Below, in pieces: positions 55,793-64,000 of a stretch of 64,000 nt of DNA. The notes beneath the pieces were generated by a model, which was not told the origin of the DNA, made no database searches, and worked only from the letters and a program-made list of their open reading frames with translations. Both the position numbers and the translations under genes were made by a program. Numbering within the stretch: the stretch's first letter is position 1; each line of letters starts with the position of its first letter. Source of the stretch: Pontimonas sp. GTDB lineage: Bacteria; Actinomycetota; Actinomycetes; Actinomycetales; Microbacteriaceae. The DNA lies in assembly GCF_031580665.1 (NCBI RefSeq), contig NZ_JAVLCD010000003.1, one strand, 5' to 3'.

Positions 55793-56620
55793 CTACAGCA
55801 GGACAAACCGCGCCGCACTGAGGAGCACCAAGGCCCCTGTCGTGAGGCCAAACACCCCGGGGATGCCACCGGGAATATTCCCCTCTTCGCGAGCGCGCAC
55901 CACACCCCACGCGATGGCTAAGCCCACCAGTAACCCGCCGATGTGCGCCTGCCAGGACACCCCCGGAACGATAAAGCCCAACACCAGGTTCAACAACAGC
56001 ACGATTAAGAGCTGGGGGTTTGACACCCCAAAGCTCTGCTGGAGTACCAACAGGGCACCGAAGAGTCCGAAAATGGCGCCGGAGGCGCCAATGACCGCCT
56101 GGCCGTAGCCCAACCACAGCACCGCCACCGATCCGCCCAAACCGGAAATGAAAAACAGCAGGGCAAAGCGGCCGGACCCGAGAAGTCGCTCGATGAGGGT
56201 CCCCAATACCCACAGCGAATACCCGTTGAAGAGGATGTGGAAGAAGGAACGCTCGGAGTGAACAAAGAGCGCCGTGAGCATTCGCCACGGCTGATCGGGC
56301 GTGAGCGGGGGGTAATACAGCGCCAGGTTCGTGACAATGCCGCCGCTGAGAAGCTGGCCGAGGTAGACGACCACAATGGTCGCCAGCAGCGAATAGGTCA
56401 CTGGTGCCTCAGCCCACCATCCGCTGCGACCCGCCCTCCGAACTGACTTGGGTTGACGCGCTTTGGCCTCCGCCTGGCATTCCGGGCAGTGCACCCCGAC
56501 GGGAGCGGCGATCTGGCAATCGCCGCAGATTGTTCTCGCGCAGCGCTGACACAGCACATAGCTCACCCGCGTGGGGTGGCGATAGCAGAAGTCGTCGGAG
56601 GACGACCCTTCAGTGCTCAC
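55793..56620 (-). CDS. Rhomboid family intramembrane serine protease with an N-terminal Cys-rich zinc-ribbon-like region
   Basis: CYRHP...CQRCARTICGDC...CPEC N-terminus. GASGAIFG catalytic Ser and a later HIGG His. Confidence 0.85.
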   Translation of the reverse strand: MSTEGSSSDDFCYRHPTRVSYVLCQRCARTICGDCQIAAPVGVHCPECQAEAKARQPKSVRRAGRSGWWAEAPVTYSLLATIVVVYLGQLLSGGIVTNLALYYPPLTPDQPWRMLTALFVHSERSFFHILFNGYSLWVLGTLIERLLGSGRFALLFFISGLGGSVAVLWLGYGQAVIGASGAIFGLFGALLVLQQSFGVSNPQLLIVLLLNLVLGFIVPGVSWQAHIGGLLVGLAIAWGVVRAREEGNIPGGIPGVFGLTTGALVLLSAARFVLL

Positions 56621-57159
56621 TAGGCGTCAGAAATACTGACCCGGTGGATGATGACGTCGTCGACGGGACGATCGTTGGCACCGGTGGGCGTGGCTTCAAT
56701 CGCTTTCACTACCGCCTGGGACTCCTCATCGAGCACCACACCAAAAATGGTGTGGTTTCCCTGCAACCAGGGTGTGGCGGCGGTCGTCACAAAAAACTGT
56801 GAACCGTTGGTGCCCTGGCCGCCGCGCTTTCCGGCGTTGGCCATCGCCAGCAGGAAGGGCTCGTTGAAGCTCAGCTCCGGGTGAATCTCATCGTCGAACT
56901 GGTAGCCGGGACCACCGGTTCCCGTGCCTAACGGGTCACCACCTTGAATCATGAAGCCCGGAATGACCCGGTGGAAAATCACGTCGGTGTAGAGCGGGTC
57001 TGAGACCGTCTCGCCCGTATTCGGGTGAGTCCAGCTGATGTCGCCGGTGGCGAGACCGACGAAGTTCTTCACGGTCTTGGGGGCGTGGTTTTCGAATAAG
57101 CCCAGCCGAATATCGCCGTGGTTCGTGTGCAAGGTCGCGAGGTGAGTGTGCAATGTCAT
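56620..57159 (-). CDS. ppiA: Peptidyl-prolyl cis-trans isomerase (cyclophilin type)
   Basis: FHRVIPGFMIQGGDP and ANAG...NGSQFF motifs. Confidence 0.93.
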   Translation of the reverse strand: MTLHTHLATLHTNHGDIRLGLFENHAPKTVKNFVGLATGDISWTHPNTGETVSDPLYTDVIFHRVIPGFMIQGGDPLGTGTGGPGYQFDDEIHPELSFNEPFLLAMANAGKRGGQGTNGSQFFVTTAATPWLQGNHTIFGVVLDEESQAVVKAIEATPTGANDRPVDDVIIHRVSISDA

Positions 57160-57264
57160 TCCTTAAGTCTGCCAGGAATCAGAAGGTCCACGTGCGGGGG
57201 CACCAAGAACACTCCCAAGGTTTTCTGCCAGACTGAAGATTATTCCACTGGAAGGAGTGGTTCC

Positions 57265-57633
57265 ATGGAACTATCCAAGAAACGCGAACGTGAACTCAGT
57301 CGCCTGAGCGACGACGCCGGAGATCTCTGGCAGAAACAACGCGACCTGCTCGCCCGGGCATCTGAAGTCCTGCGCGACGCCGGCCGTCACGCCGGCGACA
57401 TCGGCCGAGACGAGCTCTACCCGAAGGCGAAATCGTCACTCCAGCACGCGGTGGCCCCCGCACTGGAAAAGGTCCGCCGGCACAAGCCCCAGCCCGAGCC
57501 GGAGTCGAAAATGGGCGCCGGAGCTTTCGCATTGATGGCAATCGGTGCGGCGACGGTGGCTGTTGTGGGCTACGCCATTTGGAGCACGCTGCGCGCCGAC
57601 GAAGACCTCTGGGTCGAGGCCGACGACGCCTAA
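57265..57633 (+). CDS. Hypothetical C-terminally membrane-anchored protein
   Basis: GAAGGAG RBS 7 nt before ATG at 57265. Charged helical N-terminal region followed by one TM segment. Confidence 0.5.
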   Translation: MELSKKRERELSRLSDDAGDLWQKQRDLLARASEVLRDAGRHAGDIGRDELYPKAKSSLQHAVAPALEKVRRHKPQPEPESKMGAGAFALMAIGAATVAVVGYAIWSTLRADEDLWVEADDA

Positions 57634-57638
57634 GCGCC

Positions 57639-58577
57639 TTACCCGTTTAGGGTGGGCAGGCCGATTTCCCCGGTCGGCTCTTTGAGCCGGTCGCGCTTTT
57701 TCACGTAGACGCCTCGGCGCTGTGACGCGAGGAAGCTACCCAACACCACGAGCGGGAACCCGACCAGGAACCCCGGGGTGAGTGGCTCGTTTAAGAACAG
57801 TACGCCCAGGAGTATCGCGACGACCACGTTGACATAGACAATCAGCGTGGATCGGCCGGGGCCCACTTCTTTGATCAGCTCAAAGAAGAAGATAAAGCCC
57901 AGGGCGGAGGCCACGACGCCGAGGTACAGCACGGCAACGAGCGAATCGGTGGGTGGGGTTGCCGCGATTTCAGACGGCAGGTTCAACCAGGCGGGAATCG
58001 CATAGACCGCGGAGACCATCATCATGGAGAGCGTGATGACTCCCAGAGTGGGAACGTCGTGGAGTTTTCGATCCGCAATAATTGGCGCGATCGCATAACC
58101 CGTCGCCGCTCCCAGCAACATCAACACCGGTAAGACGGCGATACGACCAGAGAACGCGTCGATTCCCACCAGCGCCACAACACCCGAGAAGCCGAGCACC
58201 AGGCCCAGCACGGTGAGCGGGTGCCACGCGGAGCGATCGCCCAGTAACCCAATGAGGAAAGCGGCGATAAAGGGCACGGTAGTGATTAACAGACCGGCGA
58301 GGCTGGAGGAGACTGAGCGCTCCGCTTCGGTGATGAGCGCCCACGGTCCCACCATTTCAATCACCGCAAACCCGAGAACAAACGGCCACGCTTTTAAGGC
58401 GGGGCGCAGAGCACCCCGGGCGAGTGCGATCGGAAGCAGCACCAGCGCCCCAATGGTCACCCGAATCCAGACGATGCTGGGAGTGGAGAAGGATTCAATG
58501 GCCAGCGCGATAAAGAAGTAGGGCGTTCCCCAAATGATTCCGGTGATGAGAAAGAAGACAAAACCCCGTGCGGACAT
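57639..58577 (-). CDS. DMT superfamily (EamA-like) transporter
   Basis: 312 aa, 10 TM segments, duplicated EamA-type halves. Confidence 0.85.
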   Translation of the reverse strand: MSARGFVFFLITGIIWGTPYFFIALAIESFSTPSIVWIRVTIGALVLLPIALARGALRPALKAWPFVLGFAVIEMVGPWALITEAERSVSSSLAGLLITTVPFIAAFLIGLLGDRSAWHPLTVLGLVLGFSGVVALVGIDAFSGRIAVLPVLMLLGAATGYAIAPIIADRKLHDVPTLGVITLSMMMVSAVYAIPAWLNLPSEIAATPPTDSLVAVLYLGVVASALGFIFFFELIKEVGPGRSTLIVYVNVVVAILLGVLFLNEPLTPGFLVGFPLVVLGSFLASQRRGVYVKKRDRLKEPTGEIGLPTLNG

Positions 58578-58633
58578 CAGGCCATGCTAGTACCCCCGAT
58601 GGGCTGTGTCAGACCACCGTGTGGGTAACGCAA

Positions 58634-58664
58634 AGGGGGCGAGTCCAACCTGGACTCGCCCCCT
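58634..58664 (-). terminator. Hairpin agggggcgagtcca-acc-tggactcgccccct followed by TTTG on the minus strand
   Basis: 14-bp GC-rich stem located 16 nt after the hup stop. Confidence 0.65.
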
Positions 58665-58679
58665 TATGAAGTGTGTGTG

Positions 58680-58952
58680 CTACTTGACGGAAGCCTTCAA
58701 CTTCGATCCAGCCGACACCTTCACACCGTTTGCTGCAGCGATCTGGATGGTCGCACCCGTCTGTGGGTTGCGTCCGGTGCGAGCTGCTCGGTGGGTGCGC
58801 TCGAAAGCGATCCAACCGGGGATAGTAACTTTGGTGCCCTTCTTCAGTTCACCGGTCACTACGGTGAACATTGCGTCGAGTACACCGTTCACTGCGGCCT
58901 GAGTCTGGCCGGTCTCAGCTGCAACAGCAGCAACGAGCTCTGAGCGATTCAT
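58680..58952 (-). CDS. hup: HU family nucleoid-associated DNA-binding protein (short, 90 aa form)
   Basis: MNRSELVAAVA...ARTGRNPQTGATIQI arm motif. Confidence 0.9.
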   Translation of the reverse strand: MNRSELVAAVAAETGQTQAAVNGVLDAMFTVVTGELKKGTKVTIPGWIAFERTHRAARTGRNPQTGATIQIAAANGVKVSAGSKLKASVK

Positions 58953-59016
58953 TTGGTCTGGTCCTCCTCGGACTTTGTGAGCGAGCTAAACCCGGTATCA
59001 CCGAGCCGTAAGAAAA

Positions 59017-59322
59017 CTACCAGCTGGCCTTAGTGATACCCGGTAACTCGCCACGGTGTGCCATATTGCGAAATCTCACGCGCGAAATGCCGTATTTGCT
59101 CAGCACACCGCGGGGACGACCGTCGATTTCGTCACGGCTGCGCACCCGAATGGGAGACGCGTCGCGAGGCAACTTCTGCAGGCCCTTGCGCGCCGCTTCA
59201 CGCGACTCGTCGGTTCCCTTCGGGTCGACCAGAGCCTTTTTCAGCTCGAGACGCTTCTCGGCGTAGCGCGCGACGATGATCTTGCGCTGTTCGTTCTTGG
59301 CAATCTTTGATTTCTTCGCCAT
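59017..59322 (-). CDS. rpsN: 30S ribosomal protein S14, long (101 aa) cysteine-free form
   Basis: [13 protein letters not shown]...[17 protein letters not shown]. Contains no Cys residues. Confidence 0.93.
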   Translation of the reverse strand: MAKKSKIAKNEQRKIIVARYAEKRLELKKALVDPKGTDESREAARKGLQKLPRDASPIRVRSRDEIDGRPRGVLSKYGISRVRFRNMAHRGELPGITKASW

Positions 59323-59325
59323 CTG

Positions 59326-59493
59326 TTATCGCTCCTCGCGGAATTCGACGTGCTGACGCACGACCGGGTCGTATTTTTTCAGCACCAAACGGTCGGGGTC
59401 GTTCCGGCGGTTCTTCCGGGTGACATAGGTGTAGCCGGTGCCGGCAGTCGACTTCATTTTGATGATCGGTCGAACATCCTGTGCCTTTGCCAT
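59326..59493 (-). CDS. rpmG: 50S ribosomal protein L33, cysteine-free form (55 aa)
   Basis: Translated by hand, as it is below the ORF-track cutoff: [55 protein letters not shown]. Its ATG overlaps the rpmB stop (TAATG). Confidence 0.9.
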   Translation of the reverse strand: MAKAQDVRPIIKMKSTAGTGYTYVTRKNRRNDPDRLVLKKYDPVVRQHVEFREER

Positions 59494-59729
59494 TAGAGCT
59501 TCACCCCCTGGGACATGAGGTCGCGCACAACGGCGTCGATTCCTCTCGCATCGATGACTTTGATGCCCTTCGCCGAGAGTGTCAGGGTGACACTGCGCTT
59601 CAGCGACGGCACAAAGTACGTCTTCTTTTGGATATTCGGGTCGAAGCGCCGCTTCGTCCGACGGTGTGAGTGCGAAACGTTGTGGCCGAAGCCGGGCTTC
59701 GCCCCTGTTACTTGGCAGACTGCTGCCAT
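59493..59729 (-). CDS. rpmB: 50S ribosomal protein L28 (78 aa, no CxxC pairs)
   Basis: [29 protein letters not shown]... AGGAGG RBS before ATG at 59729. Confidence 0.9.
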   Translation of the reverse strand: MAAVCQVTGAKPGFGHNVSHSHRRTKRRFDPNIQKKTYFVPSLKRSVTLTLSAKGIKVIDARGIDAVVRDLMSQGVKL

Positions 59730-59884
59730 GGTGTCCTCCTGTTGATTACCGTGAGACGAAAGGGCCTCACCCAAGATCACTTGTCGGCACGCGACACAAA
59801 GAATCGATTTCTCGAGGGTCTGTGAGCCAGCGCACAAGATGGGCGGAAAACCGCTCAACCCCTAAAGTGTAGGGGTTTGACCAC

Positions 59885-60277
59885 TCAATTGCCAGTCGAT
59901 GCTCTGTGGCAGTCCGGGCAGAGGCCAAAAACGTCGACCACGTGTTCGGGTTCAAAGTAGCCGTGTGCGCTGGCCACACTCGCCGCCCACGACTCCACCG
60001 GTTCAGCCGAGATCTCCGTGGTGGCCCCGCAGCGACGACACACCAAGTGGTGGTGATGGCCGGGGCGGCAGGCGCGATACACCGTCTCACCATCGCGGGT
60101 GAGGGAATCAGCGACCCCCTCACCCGCGAGCGCGGTGAGCGCGCGGTACACGGTCGCCAGCCCGATCGCAGAGCCAGAATCGCGAAGTGCCTGGTACACG
60201 TCTTGTGCGCTCGCGAAACCCGGTGTCCGGTCGAGTAATTCGCGCACTTCGTCGCGCTGTTTGGTTCGACGTTTCAC
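59885..60277 (-). CDS. zur: Fur-family metalloregulator, assigned as Zur from context
   Basis: Winged-helix N-terminal region, HHHHLVCRRCG and CPDC motifs. The GTG start overlaps the znuC stop (GTGA). The gene sits at the end of the znu operon. Confidence 0.75.
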   Translation of the reverse strand: MKRRTKQRDEVRELLDRTPGFASAQDVYQALRDSGSAIGLATVYRALTALAGEGVADSLTRDGETVYRACRPGHHHHLVCRRCGATTEISAEPVESWAASVASAHGYFEPEHVVDVFGLCPDCHRASTGN

Positions 60278-61077
60278 GGCATTCTCCTGCGGCTGAACGC
60301 TTCTCCGGCGTCTGCGGGGTCGTCGTGGATGACATCCAGAACCGTCTCGTCTGAACCGTGTTCGGGGTGGAGGGTACCGAGGCCATACGCCTCGGCGAGG
60401 TGTTCGGCGGTGAGGACGTCATCGGGCGCGCCGCTGGCCACCACGCGGCCCGCCATCAATAAGACGTAGTCCGCCGAGCGGGCTTCCTCTAAATCGTGGG
60501 TGGTGTACACCACGGTGCAGCCTTGTTCGGGTTCGTCGTGAATGATCTGGTCGATGACCCTCGCCGAAGGGACATCCATTCCCGTCAGAGGCTCATCGAG
60601 CAGCAGCACGCTGTGGTCTTGGGCGAGGGCTTGGGCGACAAACACCCGCTGGCGTTGGCCACCAGAGAGTTGGTGAATGCTGCGATCGGCGAGGTTCACA
60701 ATATCTAACTGTTCCATCGCCTCGCGGACACGCTGTTTATCCACCGGGCGAAGGCGGCCGAGCCCGCCTCGGGTGGCAAAGCGTCCCATTCGCACCACTT
60801 CACGCACCGTCATCGGAATTCCCGGTGTAATGGGCATGTACTGGAGGACGTAGGCCACATCGGAGAGGGCCTCCTCGGGTGTTTTGCCCAGTACCCGCAG
60901 TTGGCCCTGGTCGACTTCGAGCAGGCCGGTAATGGCGTGCAAGACGCTGGATTTTCCGCTTCCGTTCGGGCCGATGATCGCCACGGTGGAAGCAGTGGGA
61001 ATACGAAAACTGGAGGGCTCGACGACGACGCTGCCCTCTCGGACAATGCGCATGTCGCTGGCGACAATGGCACTCAT
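60274..61077 (-). CDS. znuC: Zinc/manganese-type ABC transporter ATP-binding protein
   Basis: Walker A GPNGSGKSS, signature LSGGQRQRV, Walker B LLLDEPLTGMD. ATG at 61077 overlaps the znuB stop (ATGA). Confidence 0.85.
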   Translation of the reverse strand: MSAIVASDMRIVREGSVVVEPSSFRIPTASTVAIIGPNGSGKSSVLHAITGLLEVDQGQLRVLGKTPEEALSDVAYVLQYMPITPGIPMTVREVVRMGRFATRGGLGRLRPVDKQRVREAMEQLDIVNLADRSIHQLSGGQRQRVFVAQALAQDHSVLLLDEPLTGMDVPSARVIDQIIHDEPEQGCTVVYTTHDLEEARSADYVLLMAGRVVASGAPDDVLTAEHLAEAYGLGTLHPEHGSDETVLDVIHDDPADAGEAFSRRRMP

Positions 61078-61958
61078 GCATTCACCTCCGCCCGTGGACG
61101 GGTGACCAGACCGATCACTTCTCGAGCCCCCATCACGAGGAAAAACAACACCACGGGGATGAGGGCCATTGTCGCTGACCCGGCAGTGCCAAGATAAAAA
61201 CTCAGTGTGAGGCCAAGCCATACCGATCCGACACCGATCAGGGCGGCAACCACCATGAGCCGGGGAATCGTGCGCACGAGCAGACTCGCCACCGCGGGCG
61301 GCCCGATGAGTAACCCCAGCACCAGGAGGGTGCCGACGGATTGGTAGCTGCCAATAATGGCCAGCGCGATGAGTGCCAGCAGGATGGCGTGGGTGGTCCG
61401 CGGGTGCAGGCCCAGCAGGTGAGCTTTGTCGCGGTTGACGCTCAAGACCACTAGCGGGCGATAGAGCACGAGAGACACGGCGAGCACGATGGCCAACAAC
61501 ACGAGTTGGCCGGTAATGTCCGACCAGGACACTCCCAGTGCGTCGCCAAAGAGGATGCTGGTAAGTGAGCCGGCGTAGGAATCAAGCCTCGAGAGAATCA
61601 CCACACCGAGTGCCAGCATGCCGACAAACAACAACCCGATCGATGTATCAACGCCCAGTGGGGTGCGCCGCTGCACCCATTCGATGGCAATGACCATGAC
61701 CAGTGCGGCAAAGGCCGCGCCCAGCAGTGGGCTTTGCCCCAACACAAAAGCCGCCGCCACACCGGGAACAACCCCGTGCACGAAAGCGTCACCGAAGAAA
61801 CTCATCCCCCGCAGGACAATCCACGTCCCCACGGTGGAGGTCATCAACGCAGCGAGCGCGCCCCCCATGAGGGCGCGCTGCTGAAAGCCGAAGCTAAAGG
61901 GTTCTACCAGCCACTCCACACCTCTAGCTTCCCAGGGCGCTGGCCATTGCGCGAGCAT
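61074..61958 (-). CDS. znuB: Zinc/manganese-type ABC transporter permease (ABC-3 family)
   Basis: Polytopic protein with the FQQRALMGG N-terminal motif. Start is either ATG at 61958 (35-nt overlap with znuA) or GTG at 61919 (4 nt after the znuA stop). Confidence 0.85.
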   Translation of the reverse strand: MLAQWPAPWEARGVEWLVEPFSFGFQQRALMGGALAALMTSTVGTWIVLRGMSFFGDAFVHGVVPGVAAAFVLGQSPLLGAAFAALVMVIAIEWVQRRTPLGVDTSIGLLFVGMLALGVVILSRLDSYAGSLTSILFGDALGVSWSDITGQLVLLAIVLAVSLVLYRPLVVLSVNRDKAHLLGLHPRTTHAILLALIALAIIGSYQSVGTLLVLGLLIGPPAVASLLVRTIPRLMVVAALIGVGSVWLGLTLSFYLGTAGSATMALIPVVLFFLVMGAREVIGLVTRPRAEVNA

Positions 61959-63084
61959 TCGCTCGCATCATGTCCTGGTAGGTGCCAAATTCGCTCTCTG
62001 GCTCCCCGATACTGCCCAAGTAGAGGGGGACTACTTGAACGTCTCCACCGCTTTCTGAGGCAATGGATTCCAGCAGATCGGAGGGCACGTGGTAGTTACC
62101 AAACAGTGTGGTGAGCCCTCGGGCTTCAATTTCTGTGATGAGCGCTGCGAGTTCTTGTGAGCTCGGTTCGGCGAGGGTGCTGCCTCCTTCAATGAGCACT
62201 CCGGCGATGTCGAAGTTGTAGCGCTCGGCGAAGTAACCCATCACTTCGTGGTCGGTCACCACCACGCGCTTCTCGTCGGGGATGACAGACAGGGTGTCGA
62301 TGACTTCTGCTTCTGCGTCTCGAATGGACTGGGCGACCTCTACTGCACAGGACTCAAAGTCACCCCCGAAGGTGGCCTGAAGCTCGGAGCCCAACAATTC
62401 TGTTGCGTTGGCGACGCGGTCCATGTCCATCCAGAAGTGCGGGTCGAATTCGCCGTGATCGTGACCGTGATCGTGACCATCGTGTCCGTCTGCACCCTCT
62501 TCTTCATGCTTTTCTTCGCTGTGCTTTTCTTCACCGTGCTCGTCTTCACCGTGCTCATCGTGAGCGTGTTCTTCTTCACCGTGTTCGTCGTGAGCGTGTT
62601 CTTCTTCACCGTGTTCGTCGTGGGCGTGCTCGTCGTGACCGTCTTCTTCGCCAGCGTGATCATCGTCCGCAAAGGGCAGAGGGTCGGCCATTTCGGCTAA
62701 CCGGTAGACGACGCCTCCTTCTGCTTCGAGTTCTTCCAGCGGGCCCACGAGGCTTTCTTCGAGGGTCAAACCGTTGGCGATGACGACGCCTGATTCTGCA
62801 ATGGTCGCGAGCTGGGCCGAAGAGGGCTGGTAGTCGTGGGGGTCGACCCCCAGTGGCATCAGCACCTCGACCTGGTAGGCGGGGTCATCCACACAGGCGA
62901 CCATTTGGTCGACCACACTGCCCAGCACCGTCGTGGTCACCGAGAGGGTGGTCACCTCGACGTCCGAGCTCGGACTTGTTTCTGTCTCGGTATTTTCCGC
63001 ATTCGTGGGAGCTTCTTCTGCGGTGCACCCTGCGAGGGTGAGTGCCGATACGGCGGCCAGAGCAATAAGGGTTGATGTTTTCAT
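61924..63084 (-). CDS. znuA: Cluster A-I metal (zinc) ABC substrate-binding lipoprotein with a long His/Asp/Glu-rich loop
   Basis: Lipobox LAGC, DPHDYQP and DPHFWMD metal-site motifs. The roughly 74-aa loop is rich in HAHDEHGEEE-type repeats. Confidence 0.85.
   Translation of the reverse strand: MKTSTLIALAAVSALTLAGCTAEEAPTNAENTETETSPSSDVEVTTLSVTTTVLGSVVDQMVACVDDPAYQVEVLMPLGVDPHDYQPSSAQLATIAESGVVIANGLTLEESLVGPLEELEAEGGVVYRLAEMADPLPFADDDHAGEEDGHDEHAHDEHGEEEHAHDEHGEEEHAHDEHGEDEHGEEKHSEEKHEEEGADGHDGHDHGHDHGEFDPHFWMDMDRVANATELLGSELQATFGGDFESCAVEVAQSIRDAEAEVIDTLSVIPDEKRVVVTDHEVMGYFAERYNFDIAGVLIEGGSTLAEPSSQELAALITEIEARGLTTLFGNYHVPSDLLESIASESGGDVQVVPLYLGSIGEPESEFGTYQDMMRANARAMASALGS
62561..62620. 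repeat. Perfect 30-bp tandem duplication inside the znuA His-rich loop coding region
   Basis: tgagcgtgttcttcttcaccgtgttcgtcg occurs at 62561-62590 and again at 62591-62620, flanked by degenerate copies. Confidence 0.9.
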
Positions 63085-63104
63085 AACCGTGACGTTACAC
63101 GATA

Positions 63105-63121
63105 TTGAGAATCATTGTCAA
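63105..63121. promoter_or_regulatory. Zur-box-like palindrome TTGAGAATCATTGTCAA upstream of znuA
   Basis: The core TGAGAATCATTGTCA matches the actinobacterial Zur consensus TGAAAATNATTTTCA at 13/15. It is 21 nt upstream of the znuA ATG, and its minus-strand TTGACA can serve as a -35 element. Confidence 0.6.
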
Positions 63122-63126
63122 TAAAG

Positions 63127-64000
63127 CTAGTCGAGGAGGAGAGCGGGCTCCTCCATCACACTCGCCACATCGGCGACGAACCGGCTCGCCACATCGCCAT
63201 CCACGACGCGGTGGTCAAAACTCGCCGCCACGGTGGTGACCATTCGCGGCAACACCTCGCCATCGACCACCCACGGTTTGGGCTTGATCGTGCCCAGGGC
63301 GACAATCGAGACTTCTCCGGGATTCAAAATCGGCGTGCCCGTGTCGACACCAAACGAGCCCAAATTGGTGATGGTGATGGTGCCCTGTGCCATGTCCTCC
63401 GGTGTGGTCTTGCCCTCGCGTGCTTTCGTCGTGAGCGCCTCCAAGGCCACGGCGAGCTCGCGCAGGCTCAGCGTGTGGGCATCCTTCACGTTGGGGACAA
63501 TTAATCCCCGCGGTGTCGCCGCCGCGACACCCATGTTCACAAAGTGGTGGACAATAATTTCCTCTTCAGTCCACGTACTGTTCACAGAAGGGTTTCGCTG
63601 CACCGCCCAAATCATCGCCTTCACCATGATCAGCAGCGGTGAAATCCGAATACCGGCGAACTCCGCCGAAGCCTTCAAGCGCTTCACAAACTCCATCGTG
63701 CGGGTGGCGTCCACATCAACAAACACCGACACGTGGGGCGCGCTGAACATGCTGGTGACCATCGCATTGGCAATCGCCTTACGCACCCCCTTCACCGGGA
63801 TGCGCTCCTCGCGCTCACTGGGCCAGCCGGGGGTGTCCAAGTTTCTGAACACTTTGGCCTGGTCGGCGTGACGGGTGACATCCTCTCGAAGAATCTCGCC
63901 ACCGACACCGCTCGGGCTGACATCGGCGAGATTTACCTCGAGTTCCTTCGCGAGCTTCCGCACCGGCGGTTTTGCGAGGACCGGAACACTGTCCTGGATG
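63127..64000 (-). CDS. 2-oxo acid dehydrogenase E2 component (dihydrolipoyllysine acyltransferase), 3' part; gene continues beyond the window
   Basis: Peripheral subunit-binding segment ([14 protein letters not shown]...) and catalytic domain with SFDHRVVDG. No start codon within the window. Confidence 0.85.
   Translation of the reverse strand, partial: IQDSVPVLAKPPVRKLAKELEVNLADVSPSGVGGEILREDVTRHADQAKVFRNLDTPGWPSEREERIPVKGVRKAIANAMVTSMFSAPHVSVFVDVDATRTMEFVKRLKASAEFAGIRISPLLIMVKAMIWAVQRNPSVNSTWTEEEIIVHHFVNMGVAAATPRGLIVPNVKDAHTLSLRELAVALEALTTKAREGKTTPEDMAQGTITITNLGSFGVDTGTPILNPGEVSIVALGTIKPKPWVVDGEVLPRMVTTVAASFDHRVVDGDVASRFVADVASVMEEPALLLD

Noticed and set aside
59798-59815. AAAGAATCGATTTCTCGA as a Zur box for the rpmB operon.
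   Set aside because: The symmetry is imperfect and the half-site spacing does not fit the 7-1-7 Zur consensus. It is kept only as a note in the findings.
62449-62670. Repeat array in znuA, and the short tandem repeats at 3256-3305 and 32461-32499, as CRISPR-like arrays.
   Set aside because: The repeats are directly adjacent with no spacers, units are 13-30 bp, one is coding, and no cas genes are present.

Overview
This is a high-GC Actinomycetota chromosomal segment. It is almost entirely coding and is dominated by conserved core genes. I saw no transposase, integrase, CRISPR array or recognisable defence island, so I cannot claim a clear-cut novel system here. The backbone contains: (i) the conserved cell-division and signalling cluster tRNA-Leu, fhaA, fhaB, pstP, rodA, pbpA, pknA, pknB, then trpG, sortase E, crgA, rhomboid and ppiA; (ii) serS and pheA, with an LCP gene bracketed by two tRNA-Ser genes; (iii) an Lrp-centred catabolic group (amidinotransferase-fold enzyme, rocD, putA); (iv) three metal modules. 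The iron module is an Fe(III) ABC operon headed by a near-consensus DtxR/IdeR box. It continues without real gaps through an acyl-CoA-dehydrogenase-fold gene, an alpha/beta hydrolase, a circularly permuted lipoate-protein ligase and an SBP-less FecCD/FecE pair. The zinc module has a Zur box followed by znuA, znuB, znuC, zur and cysteine-poor rpmB, rpmG, rpsN paralogs. The copper module is copZ-copA. Other genes include nucS, pfkA, an M13 peptidase, MATE/MFS/DMT transporters and a GNAT-AAA+ fusion. Two genes below the 60-aa ORF-track cutoff were found by hand: rpmG, and a 51-aa membrane ORF between the sortase gene and trpG. Many ORF-track starts were trimmed using RBS positions and overlaps with neighbouring features. 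The most interesting non-obvious signal is the iron-box-headed 8-gene string. It suggests an iron-sparing lipoate-salvage idea, which is inference only. All family calls are from motif recognition by eye, and no database search was run.
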